Shown here: positions 1-12,998 of the stretch, one piece after another | Layout: every line of letters begins with the position of its first letter | Position numbering within the stretch: the stretch's first letter is position 1 | Source of the DNA: Octopus sinensis | Lineage: Eukaryota | Assembly: GCF_006345805.1 (NCBI RefSeq) | Contig: NC_043002.1 | Coordinates: 49,910,001-49,974,000, forward strand | Direction: 5' to 3' | Length of the DNA: 64,000 bases | Translations under genes and position numbers: made by a program | The notes under the pieces: generated by a model | What the model was told of the DNA's origin: nothing | Seen by the model: only the letters and a program-made list of their open reading frames with translations | Databases searched by the model: none

Positions 1-242
1 AACACACCAGCATCGGTTGTCAAGCGATGTTGGGGGGACAAACAGACACACAAACGCACACACATATACATATATATACGACGGGTTTCTTTCAGTTTCC
101 GTCTACCAAATCCACTCACAAGGCTCTGGTCGGCCCGAGGCTATAGTAGAAGACAATTGCCCAAGGTCCCACGCAGTGGGACTGAACCCGGAACCATGAG
201 GTTTGTAAGCAAGCTACTTACCACACAGCCACTCCTACGCCT
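1..242 (-). mobile_element. tRNA-derived SINE, family A (tRNA head, CORE-like segment, internal microsatellite), cut by the window edge
   Basis: Minus strand reads A-box-like TGGCTGTGTGG, B-box-like GGTTCAGTCC, then CORE-like CCTTGGGCAA. About 20 related copies occur in the window. Confidence 0.85.
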
Positions 243-929
243 ATATCCACACATTTTCAATAAAATATCTGCAGCACACACGCACAGACATAAGTACATA
301 CATACAAACATGCATGTATGCATACATACATACATGCATACACACATGCATACATACATACATACATGTGCATGTACAAACACCCACAAACACCATACAT
401 CCCAAGACACATACGTTCGCAATATATATATATATATATATATATATACTACATTCGCCACACATGTAAGCCACATGTTACATACAAACACAAAATGCAC
501 TTCACATACATGCTACATGAACTACATACACACACCACATGCACATGCATGCACCACGAACACACACACACACACACACACACACACCACGAACAACTAT
601 ATATACATGCACGCACACACACACACCATACAGACCCATAATATATACACACACACACACACAACCACACACGCTATGCATGCACGCACACACACCACCC
701 ATACATACACCCAAACCACAAAATCCTTCCCATTCCAATTCTGCAGGTTTTAATGGATTCTAATTTTAGTTAAATGGAACATTGTGCGAAGTAAAACTTC
801 ATTAAATGGTTACAGACAATGATGTGGTGGTGGTGGTGGTGGTGGTTGTGACGACAGTAGCGATACTGATAGTGGTGGCGGTGGCGGTGGTGGTGATGGC
901 GGTAGTGGTGGTGGTGGTAGTGGTAATGA

Positions 930-2885
930 TGATGGTGGTCAAAATATTGGTGGCAACTGCAGTGGTACTAGTTGAGGTGGTGGTGGTGGTGGTGGTGGTA
1001 TTAGTTATGGTGGTAAAAGTATTGGTAGCGATTGTGGTGGTGGTGGTGGTGGTAGTAGTACTAGTAGTGTTTTGATGGAAGTGGTAGTGGTGTTGGTGGT
1101 GATAGTGGTAATGATGATGGCGGGGGTGATAGCAGTGATGGTGTGGTGATGGTGGTCAAAATATTGGTAGCAACTGCAGTGGTACTAGTTGAGGTGGTGG
1201 TGGTGGTGGTAGTAAAAATATTGGTAGCGATTGTGGTAGTGGTGGTGGTGGTAGTAGTACTAGTAGTGTTTTTGTGATGGAAGTGGTAGGTGGTGGTGGT
1301 GATAGTGGTAATGATGATGGCGGGGGTGATAGCAGTGATGGTTGTGATGTGGTCAAAATATTGGTAGCAACTGCAGTGGTACTAGTTGAGGTGGTGGTGG
1401 TGGTGGTAGTAAAAATATTGGTAGCGATTGTGGTAGTGGTGGTGGTGGTAGTAGTACTAGTAGTGTTTGTGATGGAAGTGGTAGTGGTGGTGGTGGTGAT
1501 AGTGGTAATGATGATGGCGGGGGTGATAGCAGTGATGGTTGTGATGGTGGTCAAAATATTGGTAGCAACTGCAGTGGTACTAGTTGAGGTGGTGGTGGTG
1601 GTGGTAGTAAAAATATTGGTAGCGATTGTGGTAGTGGTGGGGTGGGTAGTAGTACTACTAGTGTTTTGTGATGGAAGTGTAGTGGTGGTGGTGGTGATAG
1701 TGGTAATGATGATGGCGGGGGTGATAGCAGTGATGGTTGTGATGGTGGTCAAAATATTGGTGGCAACTGCAGTGGTACTAGTTGAGGTGGTGGTGGTGGT
1801 GGTAGTAATATTGGTAGCGATTGTGGTAGTGGTGGTGGTGGTAGTAGTACTAGTAGTGTTTGATGGAAGTGGTAGTGGTGGTGGTGTGATAGTGGTAATG
1901 ATGATGGCGGGGGTGATAGCAGTGATGGTTGTGATGGTGGTCAAAATATTGGTAGCAACTGCAGTGGTACTAGTTGAGGTGGTGGTGGTAGTGGTAGTAA
2001 AAATATTGGTAGCGATTGTGGTAGTGGTGGTGGTGGTAGTAGTACTAGTAGTGTTTGTGATGGAAGTGGTAGTGGTGGTGGTGGTGATAGCGGTAATGAT
2101 GATGGCGGGGGTGATAGCAGTGATGGTTGTGATGGTGGTCAAAATATTGGTAGCAACTGCAGTGGTACTAGTTGAGGTGGTGGTGGTGGTGGTAGTAAAA
2201 ATATTGGTAGCGATTGTGGTAGTGGTGGTGGTGGTAGTAGTACTAGTAGTGTTTGTGATGGAAGTGGTAGTGGTGGTGGTGGTGATAGTGGTAATGATGA
2301 TGGCGGGGGTGATAGCAGTGATGGTTGTGATGGTGGTCAAAATATTGGTGGCAACTGCAGTGGTACTAGTTGAGGTGGTGGTGGTGGTGGTAGTAAAAAT
2401 ATTGGTAGCGATTGTGGTAGTGGTGGTGGTGGTAGTAGTACTAGTAGTGTTTGTGATGGAAGTGGTAGTGGTGGTGGTGGTGATAGTGGTAATGATGATG
2501 CGGGGTGATAGCAGTGATGGTTGTGATGGTGGTCAAAATATTGGTAGCAACTGCAGTGGTACTAGTTGAGGTGGTGGTGGTAGTGGTAGTAAAAATATTG
2601 GTAGCGATTGTGGTAGTGGTGGTGGTGGTGGTGGTAGTAGTACTAGTAGTGTTTGTGATGGAAGTGGTAGTGGTGGTGGTGGTGATAGTGGTAATGATGA
2701 TGGCGGGGGTGATAGTAGTGATGGTTGTGATGGTGGTCAAAATATTGGTGGCAACTGCAGTGGTACTAGTTGAGGTGGTGGTGGTGGTGGTAGTAAAAAT
2801 ATTGGTAGCGATTGTGGTAGTGGTGGTGGTGGTGGTAGTACTAGTAGTGTTTGTGATGGAAGTGGTAGTGGTGGTGGTGGTGATA
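930..2885. repeat. Tandem satellite, ~198-bp unit x10, derived from a degenerate (GTG)n tract
   Basis: Marker CAAAATATTGG recurs at 940, 1157, 1354, 1552, 1750, 1942, 2140, 2338, 2534 and 2738, and the units are nearly identical. Confidence 0.95.
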
Positions 2886-3037
2886 TTAGTAGTAGTAGTG
2901 ATGGTGGTGGTGGCGGTGGTATTTAGCCCCAAGCTAGTCCTAACCGAACAAAGCTACAACCAAGATATGGTCATCCTGTCATTTCGTTTTGAGTTTATGC
3001 ATTTTTTTTTTTTGGACAATATAAGTTTGGAATTAAA

Positions 3038-3041
<4 letters not shown>

Positions 3042-3085
<44 letters not shown>

Positions 3086-3560
3086 CATAGACAGACAAAC
3101 AGACATCCACACTGGGAGAAGGAGAAAGAGAGAGAAAGAACGAAACTGAGAGACAGACAAACAGACAGACTGAGAGCGAGTGACAGAGAGGCAGAGACAG
3201 AGAGAGACAGGTAGAGATAGTGACAGATAGACAGAGACTGTGAGAGACAACAGATAGATTGGAGAGAGAGAGGAAGAGAGAGAGAGTGGCAGAGAGAAAT
3301 AGACAGAGAGAGAGAGAGAGTCAGACAGAGATAGTGACAGATAGATCGATAGAAAGATTAAGAGAGAGAGGGGGCAAGAGACAAATAGACAGGGAGAGAG
3401 AGAGAGAGAAATAGAGACAGTAACAGACAGAAGAGAGAAAGATTGAGAGAGAAACACAAATAGATATAGTGACAGACGGAAGACAAAGATTGAGAGAGAG
3501 AGGAGGGCAGAGACAGATAGACAGACAGATAGACAGACAGACAGACTGGGAGAGAGGGAA
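3042..3560. repeat. (AG)n/(GACA)n/(GATA)n compound microsatellite
   Basis: Directly visible low-complexity purine tract. Confidence 0.9.
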
Positions 3561-4009
3561 TGTATGTGTAGAACTGATATATCGAGATTCTGATCTTGTG
3601 GAGAGTTGTAAGCCTTGTTCTTGTGTAGATAGTGGCATGTTTTCTCTAGTGAGATTGTATACAGTCTATAGATAATGGCTATTTATCGTTCGGTGGTGTT
3701 GCTTTGACAGTAGGTAAGCGACGATAATTACACAATCTACTGTACAGGAAACGAGTTAATTGACATTGGATAAGAATACATATGTAGACATGTTGTTTGA
3801 AGGGAGGGTAGAAAAGAGGAGGAAACGAGATGAGAGAATGACAAATAGCAATGCATCAGTGAGAGAGAAAAGAACTAGGGGGAGAATAATAGAAGAGAGA
3901 AAGCAGTGAGAAGAGAGTTGCTGAGTAAAAAACCATGTAGCCAAACGGTTTAAAAACACACGAAACGACATGTATGGAGGTTTTAGAGTTAAGCATTGTA
4001 TGCCGGCAC

Positions 4010-4333
4010 GTATGTATGTATGTATGTATGTAGTATGTATACAGGAGAGAGAGGGGGGAGAGGAAGAAAGAGTGTGTGCGTGTGTGTGTATTTTTAGTAT
4101 GTATATATGTGTGTTTGTTAGTATGTATATGTATGCGTGTTTGTTAGTATGTATGTGTGTACATTAGTATATATATACATACATACACACACACATATAT
4201 ATATATATATATATGTTGTGTATTTGTTTCTATATACATGTATGTTTGTTAGAATATATAAAGGTGTGTATATGTTTGTATGTGTGTACTTTTGTTAGTA
4301 TGTAAGTGTATGTATGTATATATACATGCATGA

Positions 4334-4384
<51 letters not shown>

Positions 4385-4575
4385 TGTGTATATATATATG
4401 TATATATGTATGTGCATATATATGTATATATGCATGTGTATATATATGTATATATGCATGTGTATATATAGTATATATGCATGTATATATATAAATATAT
4501 ATACATGTAAGTGTATTATATGTAAATATATATGCATCTGTATATATATGCTTGTATGTATATATATACAAATGC

Positions 4576-4608
<33 letters not shown>

Positions 4609-4615
4609 TGCGTGC
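4010..4615. repeat. (TA)n/(TATG)n/(TG)n compound microsatellite
   Basis: Directly visible. It is the source of the YIYI/CVCV ORFs. Confidence 0.9.
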
Positions 4616-5330
4616 GCATTAATTCGCTCTTTACAACAAGGCGTCCGCCCCACTGAGCTTTCGCCATTAAAGCCCAAATTTCTACGCTCGCTGAATGACG
4701 ATCGTGGTTATTTAACGAGACGTTTTAACCCCAGATCTCAGCTTTTCTTATTACATAAGACCAGTTCTGTATTTCCTTACCTACTACGATCTTAAGGAAC
4801 TGCAATAACAACAACAAAAACAATAATTACAAACACTTAAACAGCAGCGGCGTCGGCAACAGCAGCAGCAAATGGTATCGTTTTAACGCTCGATAATAGA
4901 CAATTGTCTTGGAATGATATATGTCCAACTTAGCTATTGTCGTTGTTGTTATTGTTGCTGTTGCTGCTGCTTTAAGTAGTAGTAGTAGTAGTAGTGGTGG
5001 CGGTTTATTTTGCACATAGCCGAAAGGTGTGTTTCGATGAAAGGAAAATGATTTCGTTACCTTAACGACTACAACAACAACAATATCAACAACAGCAACA
5101 CAACTAACGTAAGTGTAGGAGCCTCTAATAGGATCGCTCGTGCCGCTAGAAATAACAACGAAATCTCTCACGAATTATATAACTATCATATTAAAAATGG
5201 AAGGACGCATTGGACAATTTTTTTTTAATACGAACTAAAGAAAAATGACGTTCACACCTGGAATGTCTTTGATCATGAGCTTACTCCATGAGTACTGACC
5301 GTGGGTTAAAAACACTTAATTAGAAAGTAA

Positions 5331-5676
5331 AGGATAAAGAGTAAAGACCCCTTCGGTCAAGAATGACCATGGGATTGCATCTAGGAAGTTCCCCTCCGAG
5401 GCACAAGTCCGGGCAAGGTTGTCTGTGGAATACCAGCAGTTGCCATGCATACCAGACTCCCTCCCCACGCCACTGATGTTATCCAAGGGAAAGGCAAAGG
5501 CTGATACAGGCTTGGCACCTGTGACGTCTGCTACTCATTTATATAGCTGAGTGAACTGGAGCAACATGAAATAAAGTGTCTTGCTCAAGAACACAACATA
5601 CAACCCGGCCTAGGAATTGAACTCACTACGTCATGATTGTGAACCTGAAACTGTAACCACTGAGTCATGCGCTTTC
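5331..5676 (-). mobile_element. tRNA-derived SINE, family C, full length with target-site duplication
   Basis: Minus strand GCGCATGACTCAGTGG...GAGTTCAATTCC (A/B boxes), then TGTTCTTGAGCAAGACACTT. 13-bp TSD AATTAGAAAGTAA at 5318-5330 and 5677-5689. Related heads at ~30777 and ~35846. Confidence 0.85.
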
Positions 5677-5721
5677 AATTAGAAAGTAATAATTGTTTAA
5701 AATTTTAGCAACACGGCCAGC

Positions 5722-5821
5722 NNNNNNNNNNNNNNNNNNNNNNNNNNNNNNNNNNNNNNNNNNNNNNNNNNNNNNNNNNNNNNNNNNNNNNNNNNNNNNN
5801 NNNNNNNNNNNNNNNNNNNNN
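5722..5821. other. Assembly gap (100 N)
   Basis: Run of N. Confidence 1.
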
Positions 5822-6011
5822 GGTATTTCTAGCACAACCGAGCAATCGCGTCGTTCGTTGACTGGGAGGTTAAATAAAAAAAAAAACTGAATATTTAAAA
5901 CCAACAAAGTACGTGGTGAAAATGTAGAAAACGTTTGGAGAGCGTAAAAGTGAGTAGAAAGTAGGAAGAACATGGGTGTATGTGCTTTTGTATGTATCAA
6001 TGCCCGCGCGC

Positions 6012-6055
<44 letters not shown>

Positions 6056-6174
6056 AGTGTGCATGTGGACGCGACCGCGTATATTTCATATTCCAAGTGT
6101 TTTAGGTAACATAGGAAGAGCCATGCTTCCGGTCATACTCAAGCTTCAAACTAGTGTTACAGTTAGGCTGTATA

Positions 6175-6315
6175 CAGGGCCAGCTCAAGGTACCGGCAAC
6201 TGGGGGCAGTCGCCAAAGAAGGCGTGACAAAGACAAGGGAACCTCCACGACCGTCAGCTTGTACACGTCGATGTTCAGCTTGCCCGGGGCGCCAGCAACC
6301 TCAGGGCCGGCCCTG
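6175..6315. mobile_element. hAT-type MITE (141 bp)
   Basis: TIRs CAGGGCCAGCTC / GGGCCGGCCCTG. Perfect 8-bp TSD GCTGTATA at 6167-6174 and 6316-6323. Confidence 0.9.
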
Positions 6316-6335
6316 GCTGTATACATACTGTTTCT

Positions 6336-6458
6336 TCCTTTCGGGGTCGATAAATAAAGTACCAGTTACGCACTGGGGTCGATATAATCGACTTAATCCC
6401 TTTGTCTGTCCTTGTTTGTCCCCTCTGTGTTTAGCCCCTTGTGGGTAGTAAAGAAACA
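6336..6458 (+). mobile_element. 5'-truncated SINE, family B (Deu/Nin-like central domain)
   Basis: TCCTTTCGGGGTCGATAAA...CTGGGGTCGAT core. 16-bp TSD TATACATACTGTTTCT at 6320-6335 and 6459-6474. Confidence 0.88.
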
Positions 6459-6536
6459 TATACATACTGTTTCTATGTACAATCTACTCGTCATTCCCAA
6501 ATTATATCTTAGGTTTGTAATATTCTGCAATCCTAA

Positions 6537-6743
6537 GGCGGCGAGCTAGCAGAATCGTTACTTCGCCAGATAATATGCTTAGCAGCATTTCTTCCGACTT
6601 CATATTCTGAGTTCAAATACCGCCGGGTTAGACTGTCTTTTATCCTTTCAAGGTCGATAAAATAAGTACCAGTTGAGCACTGAGTCGATGTAATCGATTC
6701 ATCCCGTCCCATGAAATTGCTGGCCTTGTGCTAAAATTTGAAA
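6537..6743 (+). mobile_element. SINE family B copy with alternative 3' tail
   Basis: GGCGGCGAGCTAGCAGAA head, GAGTTCAAAT B-box, Deu/Nin-like core, tail GAAATTGCTGGCCTTGTGCTAAAATTTGAAA. Confidence 0.8.
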
Positions 6744-7549
6744 GGAATATTTTTGCAGTCCTTAAAATACAAAATAGTACTGAGTGAAAGATGTGCATCA
6801 AACGTTTATTTGAAATTAAACATTCTTCTGGGCACATAACCCCCGAATTCCACGCACAAGAAGAACTCAAGGTCCCTATTCCACCAAATGATTTGTTCAT
6901 ATCTGCGGTACAGCAATTTAGTGTGAGTAGGGTGGTGGTGGTGAATTAAAACTTATAACACGCAGACAAACTCAACCAACTCCAATATTTTGGCTGAGTT
7001 CATCCAGCATCCAGCAATGCAACTTTTACAACGGAATGAGACTATTTGGCGTGGCTGTTTGGGCGCTGACGATTTGACACGGCTGATTATATATATTCAA
7101 CCTGATTTTGGCGAGAGTACATTCTGGAGCTGAATGTAAACACAAACGCGCAAGCGCGTGGATGAAATTTACACATACAAATAGAGTGAGTGAAGGTGGG
7201 AGAGGGAGACATTATAATTTAATTGAACACGATTGGCATAAACATTTTTCCTCTTCCTTGAACACAAAACGAAATATGCTCACACACATAAAGAGAGAGA
7301 GAGGGGCGAGGGAGCAATAGATAGATAGTGAGACACAGAGAGAGAGAGAGAAACATGAAAATGTCTGATGTCAAACAAGTCAGCGTCGAATCAGCGATAC
7401 CAAAACGGCAGTGTCTAATCCTCTCATATCCATATCCCAATCGTAAAGAATGCCTACGGGCAACACACAGCCCCTAAGCTCTCATGCCTCCCAAAATGCG
7501 ATCTATCCCTTTGATCATTACCCAAAATGATCTCTAAAACGTCACCTTT

Positions 7550-8900
7550 TTTAACCATGCTGTAATATGAAGTGTTGAGATGTGTGCTGATAGTGCAGGA
7601 TCAAATGATCTGATTCTCAAATGTCTTGCTATCATTGGTAGGCTTGTCTGCAATAAACTGGTGACATTGAAATCAAATATTGGAAATTTAACTGCTAAAA
7701 TCTCCTTCATCAGTCGATCGATAGTGGAAAGATGATCGATTTACTGTCCACCAAGGTCAATGGATGCAGCGGAACCAGGCACCTGAGCATCCATTGACCC
7801 GGAAGCGAAATTTTTTCCCACAAGTGTTCCGGACCCCAGTTATGAACTGATTTGCATATAGCTAACCAAAGCTCAACTATCAAACTAATTTATGAGCGCA
7901 TAACAAGTGATGGGCGATAAGATAAGGTCAATTGGGTAAGGAATGACCATGCTTTTTAAAATCTTTTTTAAGAATGCTTGTTGTTCTTGTTTCAACCATG
8001 GCTTCCTCTGCGTAGTTATTTGCGTTGTTGTTTACTTTGTAAAACAGTAAGGAGAGAGGGTTACTAGCACAACACCCTCTACCCACATTTTTCCTATCCA
8101 CATCTTTACCATAAGGGGCCCTAACAAAATCCGATAACAGGTATTGATGCAAATCTATCTAATTAGTCTCCTAAAACCAGGCATAACTTGGCGATCGGTC
8201 GACTTACAGCACTGTTCTTCGTCTTGAGTTTACTTGGTAGAGTATGTTTGTTAACTTGACATGGTCAAGGTGAGCTTTTATTGGCTATATGCAAATGAGT
8301 TCATTACTGGGATCCGGAACTCTCGTGGGGAAAAGAATTCGCGACCCAGAAGGAACTCTAGAGCTCCGATCAGAGAAAATCGCCTTTCTTCCCTCATGCT
8401 GTCACTGACCACTTGTCAACCACCGAACAATTTTAAAATATAGGGCAAAAAAAGGAAAGAAATATCATTCTGCAAGCAGTGCGGTTCAATTCGTTGCACT
8501 CTGAACTACATTTTGCACTTGTACTGAAGAGATACATTAAATTGGACATGACAAAGCAGCTCTTCAGCATGACGTAGACTGAAGGTGTGCAGGCCTTTTA
8601 GTCACTCAATCATTATTGTCGTTTCTCTCCCTTTTAAAGAGATATGACGACTAATGCCATAGACTGAGATAGGGGACCCAAGGATTTCTAGATTGTCGTA
8701 TGGCGTCATGTGGATATCGGCCAATAATTCATGGAGGCAACTTTTGATTTCGTCGCTGTTTCTTGTGCCAGTCATGAAGACCAGCTCGGATTTGCGCAGG
8801 CTTACTTCTAAGCCGCGTTTGGATAGTTCTGGGAGAACTAGGATCAAATGTTCAGCAACAATAGCCGGTGGTCCGCTGATATTACCGACATCTAAGTATC
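7550..8900 (-). mobile_element. Decayed CRE-clade-like non-LTR retrotransposon, RT and downstream region
   Basis: Minus-strand translation IWYLDVGNISGPP...LSKRGLEVSLRKSEL...EILGSPIS resembles the WYLDDG..G...GL.VN..K.E...LGSPI pattern of CRE-type RTs. Downstream LQTSLPMIARHLRIRS resembles QASLP...GGLGIRS. Contains stops and frameshifts. Confidence 0.65.
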
Positions 8901-9077
8901 AAATATGGAGAGATGCTTTGCTTTAAACTACCTTATTGTTACCTAAAGTGAAAGATGGTGGTCTAAACCGAGTCCCTTTTTGAACCTCAGTAAGCGAGAA
9001 TATAAGGTAGCCGCCACAAATGAAAGAAATCGGGAAGTGTACGCTTATTTTTAACATAGCGTATATTTCTGGGGTTT

Positions 9078-9251
9078 AGGCGCAGGCATGGCGGTGTGGT
9101 TAAGAAGCTCTCTTTGCAAACAAGTGGTTTCGGGTTCAGTCCCACGACGCGGTACCTGAGGCAAGTGCCTTATAATATAACCCCAGAACGACCAGAGTTT
9201 TGTGATTGAGTAAAGGAAAACTGAAAGAAGCTTGTCGTTTGTTTGTTTGTT

Positions 9252-9292
<41 letters not shown>

Positions 9293-9300
9293 CCTTGTCT
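9078..9300 (+). mobile_element. SINE family A, 5' half
   Basis: GGCGCAGGCATGGCGGTGTGG...GGTTCAGTCCC head plus CORE-like segment. Confidence 0.8.
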
Positions 9301-9554
9301 TGTTCGCTTCCAGTTTTTTTTCCCGCAAAAAAAGAAATAAATAAAACAAGGAAAAGAAAAGAAAAACCATGTCTAGACATAGAGAAATATTACCTTACTT
9401 GCAGATAAGTAAGGTTTGGCGGCAGGTAGGAAGAGCAATCCGGCCGTAGAAAATCTGTCTCAACAGATTCTGTCTGATCCATGCAAACACGGAGAAATGA
9501 ACGTTACATGATGATGATGATGATCACCGTGTTGGATAGAATGCGGGGATATGA

Positions 9555-9950
9555 GCAACAAGTAACAGGTTCAAAAAAATTTTGCACTTGACTCATCTTG
9601 GCTGCAGACCATATGACGTGGACTGATATTATCAGGGTCATAGGAAGACTTTAAAGTTCATGGAGCTCAGGATATTGAGGTCAACGGTGTTGGTCACGCA
9701 TGGGCTTTAAAGTGAGGAGTTAATGCAATAAAACTGTCGGATTGTATACGGCTGCTTTCTTCAGTAATTCGCCGCGGGCTTTAATTGGAGAAGCCAGTGT
9801 ATCTTCAGTTCTGAAGTTATTCGTCTCACGGACTCCTTTGATGTGGGAGTCAACCAGCTTGGCGTCTACTTTTCTTTCGTCACCTGTACAGATCGGACCA
9901 CGTTCTGAGTCTGTTGGTAAAACCGTACTGTCATAATTACTAATTTGGAG
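9555..9950 (-). mobile_element. Upstream fragment of the same CRE-like retrotransposon
   Basis: KVDAKLVDSHIKGVRETNNFRTEDTLASP resembles the V..K..DGDI.GAVR...SED.LAP segment that precedes CRE RT domains. Collinear with 7550-8900. Confidence 0.55.
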
Positions 9951-9957
9951 TTCGATA

Positions 9958-10382
9958 TCTATAATAATGATAAACGCAAAATTTTGTCTGTCCGTTCGTC
10001 CGGGACCCTTGTATCTCAATCTACATTTGCTCTACATACACATATTATACCATTTTGGAATCAGGATGATCCCGGGATTGAAAAGCTGCCCTTCATTTTA
10101 TTCTTGAAGATCCAGTATTGGGATCAGATCTGGATGAGGATTTGTTATAGGCTAACAGTTGAAAATTCAAATTTTAAAAGAACTCCAAAAATTTACGAAC
10201 TCACAAGTTTTTCATTTAAACTGAATTTAAAGTAATACAATAATGGTGAGGTAATACGATATTTGTAGGGTGCCAATAAATGCTTTATTATTATCGTTTT
10301 CTTTAGTTTTGGGCCGTAGGTCCAATTAGTCCTCCGCGGGAACTAGCTTAAAGTTCCGCACGGAATGCAGCTTTTAAGCTAG
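9958..10382 (+). mobile_element. Non-autonomous Helitron
   Basis: Inserted between A and T. 5' TCTATAATAAT, 3' subterminal hairpin (TTCCGCACGGAA) and terminal CTAG, no TSD. Confidence 0.8.
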
Positions 10383-10557
10383 TTTCACATAAAATTGTTA
10401 TTTCCAGTGTCTTGGTCGGGTTGTAGGACCAAGCAGGCAAGTTTGCATTAATATCACTGTTTCTCAAACATTCCTTAACCTTATGGGCCGCTTTCATTCC
10501 TATTTTACTCGGATGGACCTCACGGTTATTCGATGTTTTAAAAACTCCTATTCATTT

Positions 10558-10946
10558 ACGAGTTTCAGTCATTTCACTGCGGCCATGCTGGAGCATCACC
10601 CTGATGGGTTTTTTAGTCGAAGAAATCAGTCCAGGACTTATTCTTTGCAGGCCTAGTACTTATTCTTTCGGTCACTTTTGCCGAGCCGCTAAGTTACAAA
10701 AACGTAAACACACCACTATCGGTTGTCAAGCGATGGTGGGAGTGGAGGATCAAACACAGACACAAACACACGCACATATGTATATACGTGACGGGCTTCT
10801 TTCAGTTTCCCTCTACCAAATCCATTCACAAGGCTCTGGTCGGCCTGAAGCTATAGCAGAAGTCACTTGCCCAATGTGTCACGCAGTAGGACTGAACCCA
10901 GAACCATGAGGTTGGGAAGCAAGCTTTCTTACCACACAGCCACGCT
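10558..10946 (-). mobile_element. SINE family A, full length
   Basis: Head, CORE-like segment, microsatellite and GCTCCAGCATGGCCGCAGTGAAATGACTGAAAC tail. Confidence 0.88.
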
Positions 10947-10974
10947 TAATTATATTTTTATGAGTAAAATGTCT

Positions 10975-11155
10975 GTGTGTCTGTGTTTGTCCCTCCACCA
11001 TCGCTTGACAACCGATGCTGGTATGTTTACGTCCCCGTAACTTAGCGGTTCGGCAAAAGAGACCGATAGAATAAGTCCTGGGGGTCGATTTTCTCGACTA
11101 AAAGGCGGTGCTCCAGCATGGCCACAGCCAGATGACTAAAACATGTAAAAGAGTA
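10975..11155 (+). mobile_element. SINE family A, 3' half (another at 11366-11563)
   Basis: CATCGCTTGACAACCGATG...GCTCCAGCATGGCC tail. Confidence 0.85.
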
Positions 11156-12734
11156 AATATTATAAGAAATTTTTAAAAAAATTAAAATATTTTGTGCATT
11201 ATAGAACGATAATCAGTTTATTGCACATAATTTTTAACACAAAATCTTATATGGATACCCAAGAGCAAAATAGGCCCTGGTTAGGAACCACTGATCTATT
11301 CAAACAAATATACCAAAACACAGTGTGTGTGTGTGTGGTAACCAAGTCTTTCTACACCAAATATTCTGTGTGTGTGTGTTTGTCCCTACCGTCATCGCAT
11401 GACAGTTGATGTTGGTGTGTTTACGTGTCCGTAACCTAGCAGTTCGGCAAAAGAGACTGATATGATAGGTAATGGGGTGGATTTCTTTGACAAAATACCC
11501 TTTAAGGCTGTGCTCCAACATGGCCGCAGTCAAATGACTGAAACAAATTAAAAGAGTAAAAGAATGGCTATCTGTCTGTTGTGCCTAATAAGTGTTTCGG
11601 GGGTTCGGGAGTTCATTAAAAAGATTACAGCAGCGGAGACTGACTTTAATTTAAATACTATTAACAACACCCAACAAGTAGGAAGCATTTGGGCCTGCCT
11701 CCAGCGAAAAATAAATAATAAATAAACAGTGCTGTGGTCATTTTATATTTTGGACGTTATAGCGGAGCTTAAGGAAAATTTGGCTGCTATTTCTAGTAGA
11801 TCGAGAGACCACGTAAAGCCATCGTGTGTGCTGATCTCCATGGCAAGACAAAATGTCAACAATCTAGGAACACTGATTAGTTAAAACTACACAGCTTGAA
11901 ATGCTTTTAACTTTGTTATTAACTTCTAGGAAAGGAAAAAATAAACGGATGCGATTTACGTCATCAGCATGCAAAACTATATCATATCTACATTTAAAAA
12001 AAAAAATAATCTGGTGAAAATTTGAAAAACTTCAACTGGTTGGAAGAAATTGAACAAGACCTCAACACTCTCGATGTTGTAATAAATCGGATGTTAAAAT
12101 TTAGTCATAGTCCCGACTACCTGTTAAGCCGCAGTGCACTCTCAACAATTAACTATATCGCTTAAATGAAAAAAACCATACAGCGTAGATTTGTGTGTGT
12201 GTGTGTGCGTTTGCGTATGTGTTTGCATACAAACGCATACATACAGCCACACACACACACTAACGCATGCACGCACACACACATGTACACGTACACACAT
12301 ATTCATATACACGGACATACAGACATATTCGCATACAAACATTTGTGCCAAGGCATATCATACACTGCCGCACAGAAAGCTATGCATGTTATCAGTAAGT
12401 CGCCTATTATATAATACTATGTATTTTGAGATACAATGTCTGCTGACAAATATCTGAAGACATGTACCATTTGTCTAAGTGTCACCCGACCCCTCTCCCG
12501 TACCCGCCTCGCGTATTTTAGGCAAGATATTGTATATCCTTTGCCACGAAGTGGGTGAAATGGAGGTAGTGCAACAGAAGTGAGGAAACGACTGAAAGGG
12601 AATCAGATAAATAGTGCTGACGGCTGTGTAGAGACAGAAGAATTAGGATGATGTGAATGGCAGACAAATAATGAGAGAGAAGGGAGGAGGGTGTAGGAGA
12701 GCGCGCGCGGTTGGGGAAAACGAGCGAAACAGAC

Positions 12735-12773
<39 letters not shown>

Positions 12774-12916
12774 GATAGATAGAAAGTGTGTCTAGGCAGA
12801 CGAGAGAATCAGCGAGAGAAAGTGAGAGAGAGAGGGAAGGAAGGAAGGAAAAGTTAAAGAGAGAATAATTGAGTCTTACGAACAAGAGAACTGGAGAAAG
12901 AAAGGGAGAACTGTTT

Positions 12917-12998
<82 letters not shown>

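Larger units (their letters stand above)
10455..11293. mobile_element. hAT-Charlie/Buster-like MITE interrupted by two SINE-A insertions
   Basis: Ends CACTGTTTCTCAAAC and GTTAGGAACCACTG resemble CAGTG(G/T)TTC(T/C)CAA TIRs. The TSD is not preserved. Confidence 0.5.

Noticed and set aside
141-763. HT/YI/CV-rich ORFs here and throughout the track
   Set aside because: Translations of CA/TA/AG microsatellites.
930-2885. CRISPR-like array
   Set aside because: Units are wholly repeated with no unique spacers, the context is eukaryotic, and there are no cas genes.
1156-2932. 394-431 aa poly-Thr / poly-Val ORFs as a mucin or membrane-protein CDS
   Set aside because: Open frames on both strands follow from (GTG)n periodicity. 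There are frameshifts, no signal peptide or splice sites, and the upstream flank is repeat-derived.
10604-10909. Recurrent ORFs ending ...YQIHSQGSGRPEAI...[10 protein letters not shown] as a gene family
   Set aside because: Antisense translations of SINE family A.
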